Assembly (NCBI GenBank): GCA_032718475.1 | Contig: JAUCBJ010003882.1 | Location: 1-64,000 of the forward strand | DNA length: 64,000 nt | Reading direction: 5' to 3' | DNA from: Nemertoderma westbladi | Taxonomy: Eukaryota > Animalia > Xenacoelomorpha | In this document: positions 13,943-26,100 of the stretch, piece after piece | How positions within the stretch are numbered: the stretch's first letter is position 1 | How the letters are laid out: the number at the start of each line of letters is the position of its first letter | Translations under genes and position numbers: made by a program | Notes under the pieces: generated by a model | Databases searched by the model: none | The model's input: the letters and a program-made list of their open reading frames with translations, nothing else | What the model was told of the DNA's origin: nothing

Positions 13943-14668
13943 ATTCAAAGCGGTCAGTTAAAATATATATAACAGTGAGACAAATATATATTGGTCAGAA
14001 AAAACAATATTGGTAAGAAAAAATATATAAATTCTTAATTAAATGTCTTTGAAATAATAGATTTCTATACTAAAATATGTAAATCATACACAAAGTGTAA
14101 CCTTAAGAAAGTTAAAAAACCATTATAGGAAGCAGTAATTTTCATGTAAGCAATAAAATAAAAAAAATATAAGCAAAATATTTTGTTGAGAAGAATATTT
14201 ATTGGTGAACTTTAAGAAAGAATATTTTTGGTGGGAAAAATATTTTACAATAGCAGTTGTAAAATGATGTGTAACAGTTACTGGTTTTACAGCACAGCAG
14301 TATGCAAGCAGTTCCTACCGTGCATTAACAATTACGTTATACCTAGTGAGCAACTCTTAGACATCAATATATAATGATATCATCAATATATCAATATTAC
14401 ATCAATATATCACCAATATATACTTTTCTGACCAATATATTTTTCGATAAAGTTTGCCAATATATTTTCTTCTTAGCAATATATATTTTATTTTTCCCAA
14501 CAATATATGGTTTTCTTAGCAATTGGTTTCTCAGAAATATATATTTTTCTGATCAATACATTTTTATAACAAAGTTCACAAATATATATTTTTCTCACCA
14601 ATATATATTTATTCTGACCAATATTATTTTTTCACACTGGTATACATTTTTGCTGACCTTTTTACATT
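13943..14668. mobile_element. Degenerate fold-back MITE in LRR gene intron 1
   Basis: Imperfect ~55-bp inverted ends (GGTCAG.TAAAAT.TATA.CAGTG.GA.AAA...TATTGGTCAGAA versus its reverse complement at 14611-14668). Confidence 0.5.
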
Positions 14669-15190
14669 AATGCGCGCGGCGCAATTTCATATAGATATTA
14701 TATTATTATCATTATTATGCAATTTTATATTTTATAGAATACTTAATGAACACTGCATCACAGCAAGCCAAAGGTGGATTGCATGGTGGTAGCAATGGGA
14801 TGGGTTGCATGGGGTGATGATATTTGTTAAGCCGGCATAGAATTCCAATGTGCAGCTGCAATGCAGCAGGCCCATTATATAGTAGTAGTTAACGGACGTA
14901 CATGTTCAGTTTGGATGGACATCAATGACCACTCCGCCAGCAACAACCTCGCAAAAGGCGGATTTGTAAATACCACGGATACCCGGATGCGTTGTACGTC
15001 TGGATTTGAAGTCTTAATGACTTACCAACGGTCACCATTGATAAGTTTTCCACCACATATCGCAATCACATAAAGTTTACTTTATAATCCCGGATAAACT
15101 GCGGACAAATAAATAAATATAACGAAATCGATTAAACGGGCCCTTAATAACATCAGACAAAATAACCGAACTAATTTTTGTTCTCCACAG

Positions 15191-15335
15191 GATCAATACC
15201 GAAGGACATAGTTGGTTGGACGACAACCTATTCGTCTGTGATTGCGAAGTAAAATGGCTGAAACTGTGGGTCGACGAACGAGTCTATCAGTCACCCGGCA
15301 TCGATATCATTTGCGTTGCCCCCAGTAACCACAAG
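15191..15335 (+). CDS. LRR receptor exon 2 (LRRCT: NLFVCDCEVKWL...C..P)
   Basis: Acceptor TTCTCCACAG, phase 2 in and phase 0 out (AAG|GT). Confidence 0.85.
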
Positions 15336-15911
15336 GTGTCGTTTCACATTGAAGGGTTAATTACAATTAGTAGGCCTTTGACTCATTTTGAAATAAATAA
15401 CAATTAGTTATTTATGAACATTATGTTTAAAGATAGTAGAAAGTTTTAAGATTTTATCCTTGAAGCTTCTAAAGATTAATTTGTGGCCTAAATTCTACCA
15501 AATTCGATGGTTGATCGACAATGTGAGTAATCAGATAGATTAGGGGGGGGGGGGGGGGGGGGGAGGGCTTTCGACGCGATCAAAATTTATCCCGCCCCAT
15601 CAGGGGAAGATCGACAAAAGTAACAGCTGAATCCCCTACAAATAAAACTGTAGGCCTAATCTTTTCTAATGACTTTAGTGATTTCCTGATCATGGAGAAT
15701 GGCTAAAGAGATTGCTGACATGCTGAGTGCTGACTTGGATTGGTAATATTATATGGGATTTTAGATATTTATTCGAACGTAAGACGATAACTAAACGAAA
15801 CGACAACTAAAATGTAGCAAGATAAGTCCTAATCATAGATACCCTGCGATTATAAACCAGATATATTATACAACTGATAACTAACATTGTTTTCGATATT
15901 TTAATACGTAG

Positions 15912-16093
15912 GGCCAATACCTATCCAAGATTCCGACGAACCAACTAGTTTGCAGCAAACCGATTATAACGGAACATACATTGGATACCTACATCGCTCA
16001 GGGAGACAGCTTACGACTCGTTTGTAGAGCAACGGGAAACCCTCCTCCAACAATCCTATGGGTGTTTCCCGACGGACTGGTATACGATACAAG
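15912..16093 (+). CDS. LRR receptor exon 3 (end of LRRCT, Ig N-half: LRLVCRATGNPPPTILW)
   Basis: Translated by hand; TAG|GGC acceptor, AG|GTAA donor, phases fit. Confidence 0.88.
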
Positions 16094-16110
16094 GTAACGA
16101 ATCAATAATA

Positions 16111-17120
16111 AAAAAAAAAAAAACAAACAAACAAACAAACAAACAAACAAACAAACAAACAAACACAACAAACAAACAAACAAACAAACAAACAAACAAA
16201 CAAACAAACAAACAAACAAACAAACAAACAAACAACACAAACAAACAAACAAACAAACAAACAAACAAACAAACAAACAAACAAACAAACAAACAAACAA
16301 ACAAACAAACAAACAAACAAACAAACAAACAAACAAACAAACAAACAAACAAACAAACAAACAAACAAACAAACAAACAAACAAACAAACAAACAAACAA
16401 ACAAACAAACAAACAAACAAACAAACAAACAAACAAACAAACAAACAAACAAACACACACACAAACAAACAAACAAACAAACAAACACAAACAAACAAAC
16501 AAACACAAACACAACAAACAAACAAACAAACAAACAAACAAACAAACAAACAAACAAACAAACAAACAAACAAACAAACAAACAAACAAACAAACAAACA
16601 AACAAACAAACAAACAAACAAACAAACAAACAAACAAACAAACAAACAAACAAACAAACAAACAAACAAACAAACAAACAAACAAACAAACAAACAAACA
16701 AACAAACAAACAAACAAACAAACAAACAAACAAACAAACAAACAAACAAACAAACAAACAAACAAACAAACAAACAAACAAACAAACAAACAAACAAACA
16801 AACAAACAAACAAACAAACAAACAAACAAACAAACAAACAAACAAACAAACAAACAAACAAACAAACAAACAAACAAACAAACAAACAAACAAACAAACA
16901 AACAAACAAACAAACAAACAAACAAACAAACAAACAAACAAACAAACAAACAAACAAACAAACAAACAAACAAACAAACAAACAAACAAACAAACAAACA
17001 AACAAACAAACAAACAAACAAACAAACAAACAAACAAACAAACAAACAAACAAACAAACAAACAAACAAACAAACAAACAAACAAACAAACAAACAAACA
17101 AATAAACAAACAAATAAACA
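16111..17120. repeat. ~1-kb (AAAC)n microsatellite preceded by a poly-A run
   Basis: Directly visible; source of the spurious FVCL ORFs. Confidence 0.99.
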
Positions 17121-17123
17121 GAC

Positions 17124-17190
17124 GGACGGGCGGAGAAGGACGGGCGGAGAAGGACGGGCGGAGAAGGACGGGCGGAGAAGGACGGGCGGA
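17124..17190. repeat. 14-bp tandem repeat (GGACGGGCGGAGAA) x4-5
   Basis: Directly visible. Confidence 0.9.
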
Positions 17191-17338
17191 CCGACATAGA
17201 GTCAGGTACACAAACAATCAAGCAAAAAACAAAGAGACAGTCAGACAGACAGACAGACAGACTGACTAACAACACTTTGTCAATATTGTTGGTAATCAGA
17301 CTGAAGAATCCTTAACCATATTATTTACTATCTTACAG

Positions 17339-17566
17339 TCTGGACAATGAATACCGAAGTGATTGGGATACACGAGTTAAACAACAACGCGATGACGTCA
17401 TTACTCTGGAATCAGTTAGACTATCGGATGGAGGCGATTACCAATGCCAAGCCGTTAATTCCGACGAGAAATCTACTAAAACGATTCAAGTCAATGTAAC
17501 AAACAGGATTATTGAACCAGTGAGAAAGAAACTGAATGGATGTACAGAAACTGATACTTCAAATAG
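17339..17566 (+). CDS. LRR receptor exon 4 (Ig C-half: DGGDYQCQAVN)
   Basis: Translated by hand; DxGxYxC motif; phase 2 at both ends. Confidence 0.85.
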
Positions 17567-17679
17567 GTTACTAATGAATACTATTGTTACCACTAATTAA
17601 TTATAATTATTAATTAAGTGCAATTCAATTGGACCCCCCCCCCCGACATAAATTTCATGGGTATAAAATATTATTTTAG

Positions 17680-17804
17680 AACCGTAAACATGGAGGTGAC
17701 TCTCACATCTGATCGAAGTGTGATGATCAAATGGTCCAGACCCGTAAATAGTTGCCCAACTGGAGAAGATCAGACATATCGGTTATCCTTGAGAGAATTC
17801 GGAG
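17680..17804 (+). CDS. LRR receptor exon 5 (FN3-like N-half: SVMIKW...YRL), with a GC donor
   Basis: Overlaps ORF 17618-17812; only G|GCAAGT gives the phase 1 required by the next exon. Confidence 0.72.
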
Positions 17805-18582
17805 GCAAGTAAAACGTATTGGAGATTTTATAATCATAATATACATTATGGCCATCTGCGAGTCATATTCATAAACATAAATTAGTTTCAGTACTAATCA
17901 TAAAAGTCCTTCTTAATAATATTAGTATTCATAAATTGGTTACGTTCAAATTCCTAAAATTAAGTTGTAGTAAGTTGTGTGCCCATTGCCCATGTCACTG
18001 AGGTAATAACAATTAAAAAATGTGTAAGACCATAATTGACCGGAATTGTGTTTGACGTATATTGCGGCCAACAGGCCTATATTCAAAGTCTGAAGTTAGA
18101 CTAAATAAACACCGATTGACAGACTAAGAGACTTTTAGTACGTCAAACCTAATTTTGGACACTTTTGGTCTTAAACATTTTTCAATTCCTAAAATTAGTT
18201 AAGTCTAATATTCAAAAATTTGGTTAAGATTTTATTCCAAATGTTTAAGTGAAGTCGAATTTATAATATTTGTCAAATCCTATTATCTTTTATAACTGAC
18301 TCTGAAACTGGACGTCTACGATTTATTAATATGCTCAATGTCAAATTATCATTTAAAAAGGAGCAGGTTACAGAGGCACGTTATTATAACCAAAGCAATA
18401 AAAGCAGGTTACAGTTACATATTTGGGAGTAATCAGCTGTTAATTGAGTCGATTACAACCTGGGGTGGTGGGGGGGGGGGGGGGGGGGGGGGGGGTGGAT
18501 TTTGATTGCACTCAACCATCTACTTTACAAACTGAAACTCATGCAATTATAAGCTAAACTTCTATCAAAACCTGGTTTGCAG

Positions 18583-18786
18583 GTGAATCCAATATTTACG
18601 AAATATCAGGAAATTACTTTGTAAAGTCGGATCTTACAGTGAATACAAACTACATCGTTTGTATTCAACTAGTTACCGACAAAGCATATTGTGACGATCC
18701 AAAAGGTCCTATACAATGTCAAGATTTCTCGACTGTTGATTCGAAAGTCAACACATATTTACTTTTGGCAGGATCCTTTGTAGCAG
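18583..18786 (+). CDS. LRR receptor exon 6 (FN3-like C-half LTVNTNYIVCI and start of TM helix)
   Basis: Overlaps ORF 18639-18833; phase 1 at both ends. Confidence 0.8.
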
Positions 18787-18869
18787 GTTTGTATAAAATA
18801 CATTTGCGTTCATACAATAGTTCAATATACTAGTGTAGTGTGTAAACGGTATCAGTTTATTAAGTTGGT

Positions 18870-18930
18870 TCAGGTTGACCGTGTGGTTACAGCGTCGGTC
18901 TTCCATGCGGGAGGTTGTGAGTTCGATCAA
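18870..18930 (+). mobile_element. tRNA-like (SINE head) remnant
   Basis: GACCGTGTGGTT A-box-like and GAGTTCGATC B-box-like motifs; no complete acceptor stem. Confidence 0.4.
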
Positions 18931-19322
18931 TTTCAGACTTTTCGGGTAACTTTTTCACTGGTGAACGTAAAATATTAGTAAGATAAAATAATATTCAAAT
19001 AAATGTTTAGTTGATTACTGGATGGTTTACTGACATATTATTCCGATATAATTATTTCTGTTGTGGTGCAACTATTCATTTGATATTCAACAAATTTACT
19101 TCACTATTTAACTTCGGGACCCCGTTCAAAAAAAAGTAGGGATCGGGACCGGGATTACATATTTCACCAAGATCCCGTTTTAACACTAATATATAGCGCT
19201 TCGTGGTATTAAATACATCCCGTAGTATTTTACATCTCAACCATTTCAAAGAAACAAACTTACAACATCATCACATCACACCAAATTCACCATCCAAATT
19301 TATTTGGATTTCTATGTTATAG

Positions 19323-19702
19323 GTGGACTGTCATTCTTACTTACATGTTGTGTATTTGCGGTGTTCAAAAAACAGAAGAAATTAAAGCGAAATCAGGTAT
19401 CCCAGCAACGCAACCAAATACCGCAGCCAATCAACACGAGATTCACCTACCAACGCGACAACACAATAGAACGTGTCAGCTCCCAATTGGACGGAACTAA
19501 CTACAGAGGCGGCTCCTTAATGGATAATACTACTTACGAAGGGGCCTCGGCAATGACGTACAACAACTTCCGAGCCTCATCCCCGTTGGGTAGCAGTAAT
19601 TACGCAGAAATTCCGCCGATGGAATCTTTCTACTTGTCGATGGATAGACCACCCACCTACCCCACGACCAACCGACCCCCACTCCCGTCTAACTCTACCT
19701 AA
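19323..19702 (+). CDS. LRR receptor exon 7 (end of TM, basic stop-transfer, Tyr/Pro-rich cytoplasmic tail); total spliced CDS 2388 nt (795 aa)
   Basis: ORF 19304-19702 reads GGLSFLLTCCVFAVFKKQKK; exon lengths sum to a multiple of 3. Confidence 0.85.
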
Positions 19703-20162
19703 TACTCAGAGGCTGTTTTGGCGAAAACATTTTTAAGTCAATCAAGAGATATCATGAGAGAGAGATAGACTCTTTGCACTAACTATTTTGTTCATCTCTT
19801 GCGTTATTTGCTATCCCAACCGAAAACGGGCCATAATTTATTATTAAACTTTTGTTCGCTTAGAACATTTCTTACAATTCGTGAATTTGGCATAAAATGA
19901 TTACCGTCAATGTCTCATCATTTTAAAATTTACAAATTTCGTATTTGCAGCTACTTTCTATAATATAAATATAGGTCCTTATGTTGAGTCCGTACCGAAA
20001 GTATTTGAATAATTGAATGTTATCAACTTGCATGTTAAATGTTCTTAATTATATTATAAAATGACATCGTTTAGAATTGTAGGGATTGTGAAAATCTGTA
20101 ATCGGTAAATTTTGGTTGTTATGATTTAGAATGAGAAATATATTCACGAAGGGATAACAAAC

Positions 20163-23100
20163 GTTACGGCCCAATCGGTAAGATATCTGGCGGCCCCTAT
20201 AAGAAGTTACAGCCCAATAGGTAAGATATCCGGCGGCCCCTATAGGAAGTTACAGCCCAATCGGTATGATATCCACCGGCCCCCATAGGAAGTTACGGCC
20301 CAATCGGTAAGATATCCGACGGCCCCTATAGGAAGTTACGACCCTATCGGTAAGATATCCGGCGGCCCCCATAGGAAGTTACAGCCCAATCGGTAAGATA
20401 TCCAGCGTCCCCTATAGGAAGTTACGGCCCAATCGGTAAGATATCTGGCGGCCCCTATAGGAAGTTACAGCCCAATCGGTAAGATATCTGGCGGCCCCCA
20501 TAGGAAGTTACAGCCCAATCGGTAAGATATCCAGCGTCCCCTATAGGAAGTTACGGCCCAATCGGTAAGATATCCGACGGCCCCTATAGGAATTTACGGC
20601 CCCTATAGGAAGTTACAGCCCAATAGGTAAGATATCCGGCGGCCCCTATAGGAAGTTACGACCCTATCGGTAAGATATCCGTCGGCCCCCATAGGAAGTT
20701 ACAGCCCAATCGGTAAGATATCCGCCGGCCCCCATAGGAAGTTACGGCCCAATCGATAAGATATCCGACGGCCCCTATAGGAATTTACGGCCCCTATAAG
20801 AAGTTACAGCCCAATAGGTAAGATATCCAGCGGCCCCTATAGGAAGTTACAGCCCAATCGGTAAGATATCCGGCGGCCCCTATAGGAATTTACGGCCCCT
20901 ATAAGAAGTTACAGCCCAATCGGTAAGATATCCAGCGTCCCCTATAGGAAGTTACGGCCCAATCGGTAAGATATCTGGCGGCCCCTATAGGAAGTTACAG
21001 CCCAATCGGTAAGATATCCGGCGGCCCCCATAGGAAGTTACAGCCCAATCGGTAAGATATCCAGCGTCCCCTATAGGAAGTTACGGCCCAATCAGTAAGA
21101 TATCCGGTGGCCCCTATAGGAAGTTACAGCCCAATCGGTAAGATATCCGGCGTCCCCTATAGGAAGTTACGGCCCAATAGGTAAGATATCCGCCGGCCCC
21201 CATAGGAAGTTACGGCCCAATCGGTAAGATATCCGACGGCCCCTATAGGAATTTACGGCCCCTATAAGAAGTTACAGCCCAATAGGTAAGATATCCAGCG
21301 GCCCCTATAGGAAGTTACAGCCCAATCGGTAAGATATCCGGCGGCCCCTATAGGAATTTACGGCCCCTATAAGAAGTTACAGCCCAATAGGTAAGATATC
21401 CAGCGGCCCCTATAGGAAGTTACAGCCCAATCGGTAAGATATCCGCCGGCCCCCATAGGAAGTTACGGCCCAGTCGGTAAGATATCCGACGGCCCCTATA
21501 GGAATTTACGGCCCCTATAAGAAGTTACAGCCCAATAGGTAAGATATCCAGCGGCCCCTGTAGGAAGTTACAGCCCAATCGGTAAGATATCCGGCGGCCC
21601 CTATAGGAAGTTACGGCCCAGTCGGTAAGATATCCGACGGCCCCTATAGGAATTTACGGCCCCTATAAGAAGTTACAGCCCAATAGGTAAGATATCCAGC
21701 GGCCCCTATAGGAAGTTACAGCCCAATCGGTAAGATATCCGGTGGCCCCTATAGGAAGTTACGGCCCAGTCGGTAAGATATCCGACGGCCCCTATAGGAA
21801 TTTACGGCCCCTATAAGAAGTTACAGCCCAATAGGTAAGATATCCAGCGGCCCCTATAGGAAGTTACAGCCCAATCGGTAAGATATCCGGTGGCCCCTAT
21901 AGGAAGTTACAGCCCAATAGGTAAGATATCCAGCGGCCCCTATAGGAAGTTACAGCCCGATCGGTAAGATATCCGGCGGCCCCTATAGGAAGACACAGTC
22001 CAATCAGTAAGGGCGGCCCCCATAGGAAGTTACGGCCCCTATAGGAAGTTACGACCCTATCAGTAAGTTATCCAGCGGCCCCCATAGGAAGTTACGGCCC
22101 AATCGGTAAGATATCCAGCGGCACCTATAGGAAGTTACGGCCCAATCGGTAAGATATCCGACGGCCCCTATAGGAAGTTACAGCCCAATCGGTAAGATAT
22201 CCAGCGTCCCCTATAGGAAGTTACGGCCCAATCGGTAAGATATCTGGCGGCCCCTATAGGAAGTTACAGCCCAATCGGTAAGATATCCGGCGGCCCCCAT
22301 AGGAAGTTACAGCCCAATCGGTAAGATATCCGGCGTCCCCTATAGGAAGTTACAGCCCAATCGGTAAGATATCCGGCGGCCCCTATAGGAAGTCACAGCC
22401 CAATCAGTAAGGGCGGCCCCCATAGGAAGTTACGGCCCCTATAGGAAGTTACGGCCCAATCGGTAAGATATCTGGCGGCCCCTATAGGAAGTTACAGCCC
22501 AATCGGTAAGATATCCGGCGGCCCCCATAGGAAGTTACAGCCCAATCGGTAAGATATCCGGCGTCCCCTATAGGAAGTTACAGCCCAATCGGTAAGATAT
22601 CCGGCGGCCCCCATAGGAAGTTACAGCCCAATCGGTAAGATATCCGGCGGCCCCTATAGGAAGTTACAGCCCAATCGGTAAGATATCCGGCGGCCCCTAT
22701 AGGAAGTCACAGCCCAATCAGTAAGGGCGGCCCCCATAGGAAGTTACGGCCCCTATAGGAAGTTACGGCCCCTATAGGAAGTTACGGCCCAATCGGTAAG
22801 ATATCTGGCGGCCCCTATAGGAAGTTACAGCCCAATCGGTAAGATATCCGGCGGCCCCCATAGGAAGTTACAGCCCAATCGGTAAGATATCCGGCGTCCC
22901 CTATAGGAAGTTACAGCCCAATCGGTAAGATATCCGGCGGCCCCCATAGGAAGTTACAGCCCAATCGGTAAGATATCCGGCGTCCCCTATAGGAAGTTAC
23001 AGCCCAATCGGTAAGATATCCGGCGGCCCCTATAGGAAGTCACAGCCCAATCAGTAAGGGCGGCCCCCATAGGAAGTTACGGCCCCTATAGGAAGTTACG

Positions 23101-26100
23101 GCCCAATCGGTAAGATATCTGGCGGCCCCTATAGGAAGTTACAGCCCAATCGGTAAGATATCCGGCGGCCCCCATAGGAAGTTACAGCCCAATCGGTAAG
23201 ATATCCGGCGTCCCCTATAGGAAGTTACAGCCCAATCGGTAAGATATCCGGCGGCCCCCATAGGAAGTTACGGCCCAATCGGTAAGATATCCGCCGGCCC
23301 CTATAGGAAGTTACAGCCCAATCGGTAAGATATCCGGCGGCCCCTATAGGAAGTCACAGCCCAATCAGTAAGGGCGGCCCCCATAGGAAGTTACGGCCCC
23401 TATAGGAAGTTACGACCCTATCAGTAAGATATCCAGCGGCCCCTATAGGAAGTTACGGCCTAATCGGTAAGATATCCAGCGGCACCTATAGGAAGTTACA
23501 GCCCAATCGGTAAGATATCCGGCGGCCCCTATAGGAAGTCACAGCCCAATCAGTAAGGGCGGCCCCCATAGGAAGTTACGGCCCCTATAGGAAGTTACGA
23601 CCCTATCGGTAAGATATCAGGCGGCCCCCATAGGAAGTTACGGGCCAATCAGTAAGATATCCAGCGGCCCCTATAGGAAGTTACAGCCCAATCGGTAAGA
23701 TATCCGGCGGCCCCCATAGGAAGTTACAGCCCAATCAGTAAGATATCCCCCATAGGAATTTGGCCCCTATAGGAAGTTACGACCCTATCAGTAAGATATC
23801 CGGCGGCCCCCATAGGAAGTTACAGCCCAATCGGTAAGATATCCAGCGTCCCCTATAGGAAGTTACGGCCCAATCGGTAAGATATCCGGTGGCCCCTATA
23901 GGAAGTTACGGCCCAATCGGTAAGATATCCGGCGGCCCCCATAGGAAGTTACGGCCCAATCAGTAAGGGCAGCCCCCATAGGAAGTTTTGGCCCCTATAG
24001 GAAGTTACGACCCTATCAGTAAGATATCCGGCGGCCCCCATAGGAAGTTACAGCCCAATCGGTAAGATATCCGGCGTCCCCTATAGGAAGTTACGGCCCA
24101 ATCGGTAAGATATCCGGTGGCCCCTATAGGAAGTTACGGCCCAATCGGTAAGATATCCGGCGGCCCCCATAGGAAGTTACGGCCCAATCAGTAAGGGCAG
24201 CCCCCATAGGAAGTTTTGGCCCCTATAGGAAGTTACGACCCTATCAGTAAGATATCCGGCGGCCCCCATAGGAAGTTACAGCCCAATCGGTAAGATATCC
24301 GGTGGCCCCTATAGGAAGTTACAGCCCAATCGGTAAGATATCCAGCGTCCCCTATAGGAAGTTACGGCCCAATCGGTAAGATATCCGGCGGCCCCTATAG
24401 GAAGTTACGGCCCAATCGGTAAGATATCCGGCGGCCCCTATAGGAAGTTACAGCCCAATCGGTATGATATCTGGTGGCCCCTATAGGAAGTTACAGGCCA
24501 ATAGGTAAGATATCCAGCGGCCCCTATAGGAAGTTACAGCCCAATCGGTAAGATATCCGGCGGCCCCCATAGGAAGTTACGGCCCAATCGGTAAGATATC
24601 CGGCGGCCCCTATAGGAAGTTACAGCCCAATCGGTATGATATCTGGTGGCCCCTATAGGAAGTTACAGGCCAATAGGTAAGATATCCAGCGGCCCCTATA
24701 GGAAGTTACGGCCCAATCAGTAAGATATCCGGCGGCCCCTATAGGAAGTTACGGCCCAATCGGTAAGATATCCAGCGTCCCCTATAGGAAGTTACGGCCC
24801 AATCGGTAAGATATCCGGTGGCCCCTATAGGAAGTTACAGCCCAATCGGTAAGATATCCAGCGTCCCCTATAGGAAGTTACGGCCCAATCGGTAAGATAT
24901 CCGGCGGCCCCTATAGGAAGTTACGGCCCAATCGGTAAGATATCCGGCGGCCCCTATAGGAAGTTACAGCCCAATCGGTATGATATCTGGTGGCCCCTAT
25001 AGGAAGTTACAGGCCAATAGGTAAGATATCCAGCGGCCCCTATAGGAAGTTACAGCCCAATCGGTAAGATATCCGGCGGCCCCCATAGGAAGTTACGGCC
25101 CAATCGGTAAGATATCCGGCGGCCCCTATAGGAAGTTACAGCCCAATCGGTATGATATCTGGTGGCCCCTATAGGAAGTTACAGGCCAATAGGTAAGATA
25201 TCCAGCGGCCCCTATAGGAAGTTACGGCCCAATCGGTAAGATATCCGGCGGCCCCTATAGGAAGTTACGGCCCAATCGGTAAGATATCCGGTGGCCCCTA
25301 TAGGAAGAAACAGCCCAATCGGTAAGATATCCAGCGTCCCCTATAGGAAGTTACGGCCCAATCGGTAAGATATCCGGCGGCCCCCATAGGAAGTTACAGC
25401 CCAATCGGTAAGATATCCAGCGTCCCCTATAGGAAGTTACGGCCCAATCGGTAAGATATCCGGCGGCCCCCATAGGAAGTTACAGGCCAATAGGTAAGAT
25501 ATCCAGCGGCCCCTATAGGAAGTTACAGCCCAATCGGTAAGATATCCGGCGGCCCCCATAGGAAGTTACGGCCCAATCGGTAAGATATCCGGCGGCCCCT
25601 ATAGGAAGTTACAGCCCAATCGGTATGATATCTGGTGGCCCCTATAGGAAGTTACAGGCCAATAGGTAAGATATCCAGCGGCCCCTATAGGAAGTTACAG
25701 CCCAATCGGTAAGATATCTGGCGGCCCCTATAGGAAGTTACGGCCCAATCGGTAAGATATCTGGCGGCCCCTATAGGAAGTTACGGCCCAATCGGTAAGA
25801 TATCTGGCGGCCCCTATAGGAAGTTACGGCCCAATCGGTAAGATATCTGGCGGCCCCTATAGGAAGTTACGGCCCAATCGGTAAGATATCTGGCGGCCCC
25901 TATAGGAAGTTACGGCCCAATCGGTAAGATATCTGGCGGCCCCTATAGGAAGTTACGGCCCAATCGGTAAGATATCTGGCGGCCCCTATAGGAAGTTACG
26001 GCCCAATCGGTAAGATATCCGGCGGCCCCCATAGGAAGTTACGGCCCAATCGGTAAGATATCTGGCGGCCCCTATAGGAAGTTACGGCCCAATCGGTAAG

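Noticed and set aside
12765-19702. VLR-like or RAG-like rearranging receptor system suggested by an LRR gene inside Artemis
   Set aside because: The LRR gene is complete; no flanking LRR cassettes, RSS heptamer/nonamer pairs or recombinase were seen
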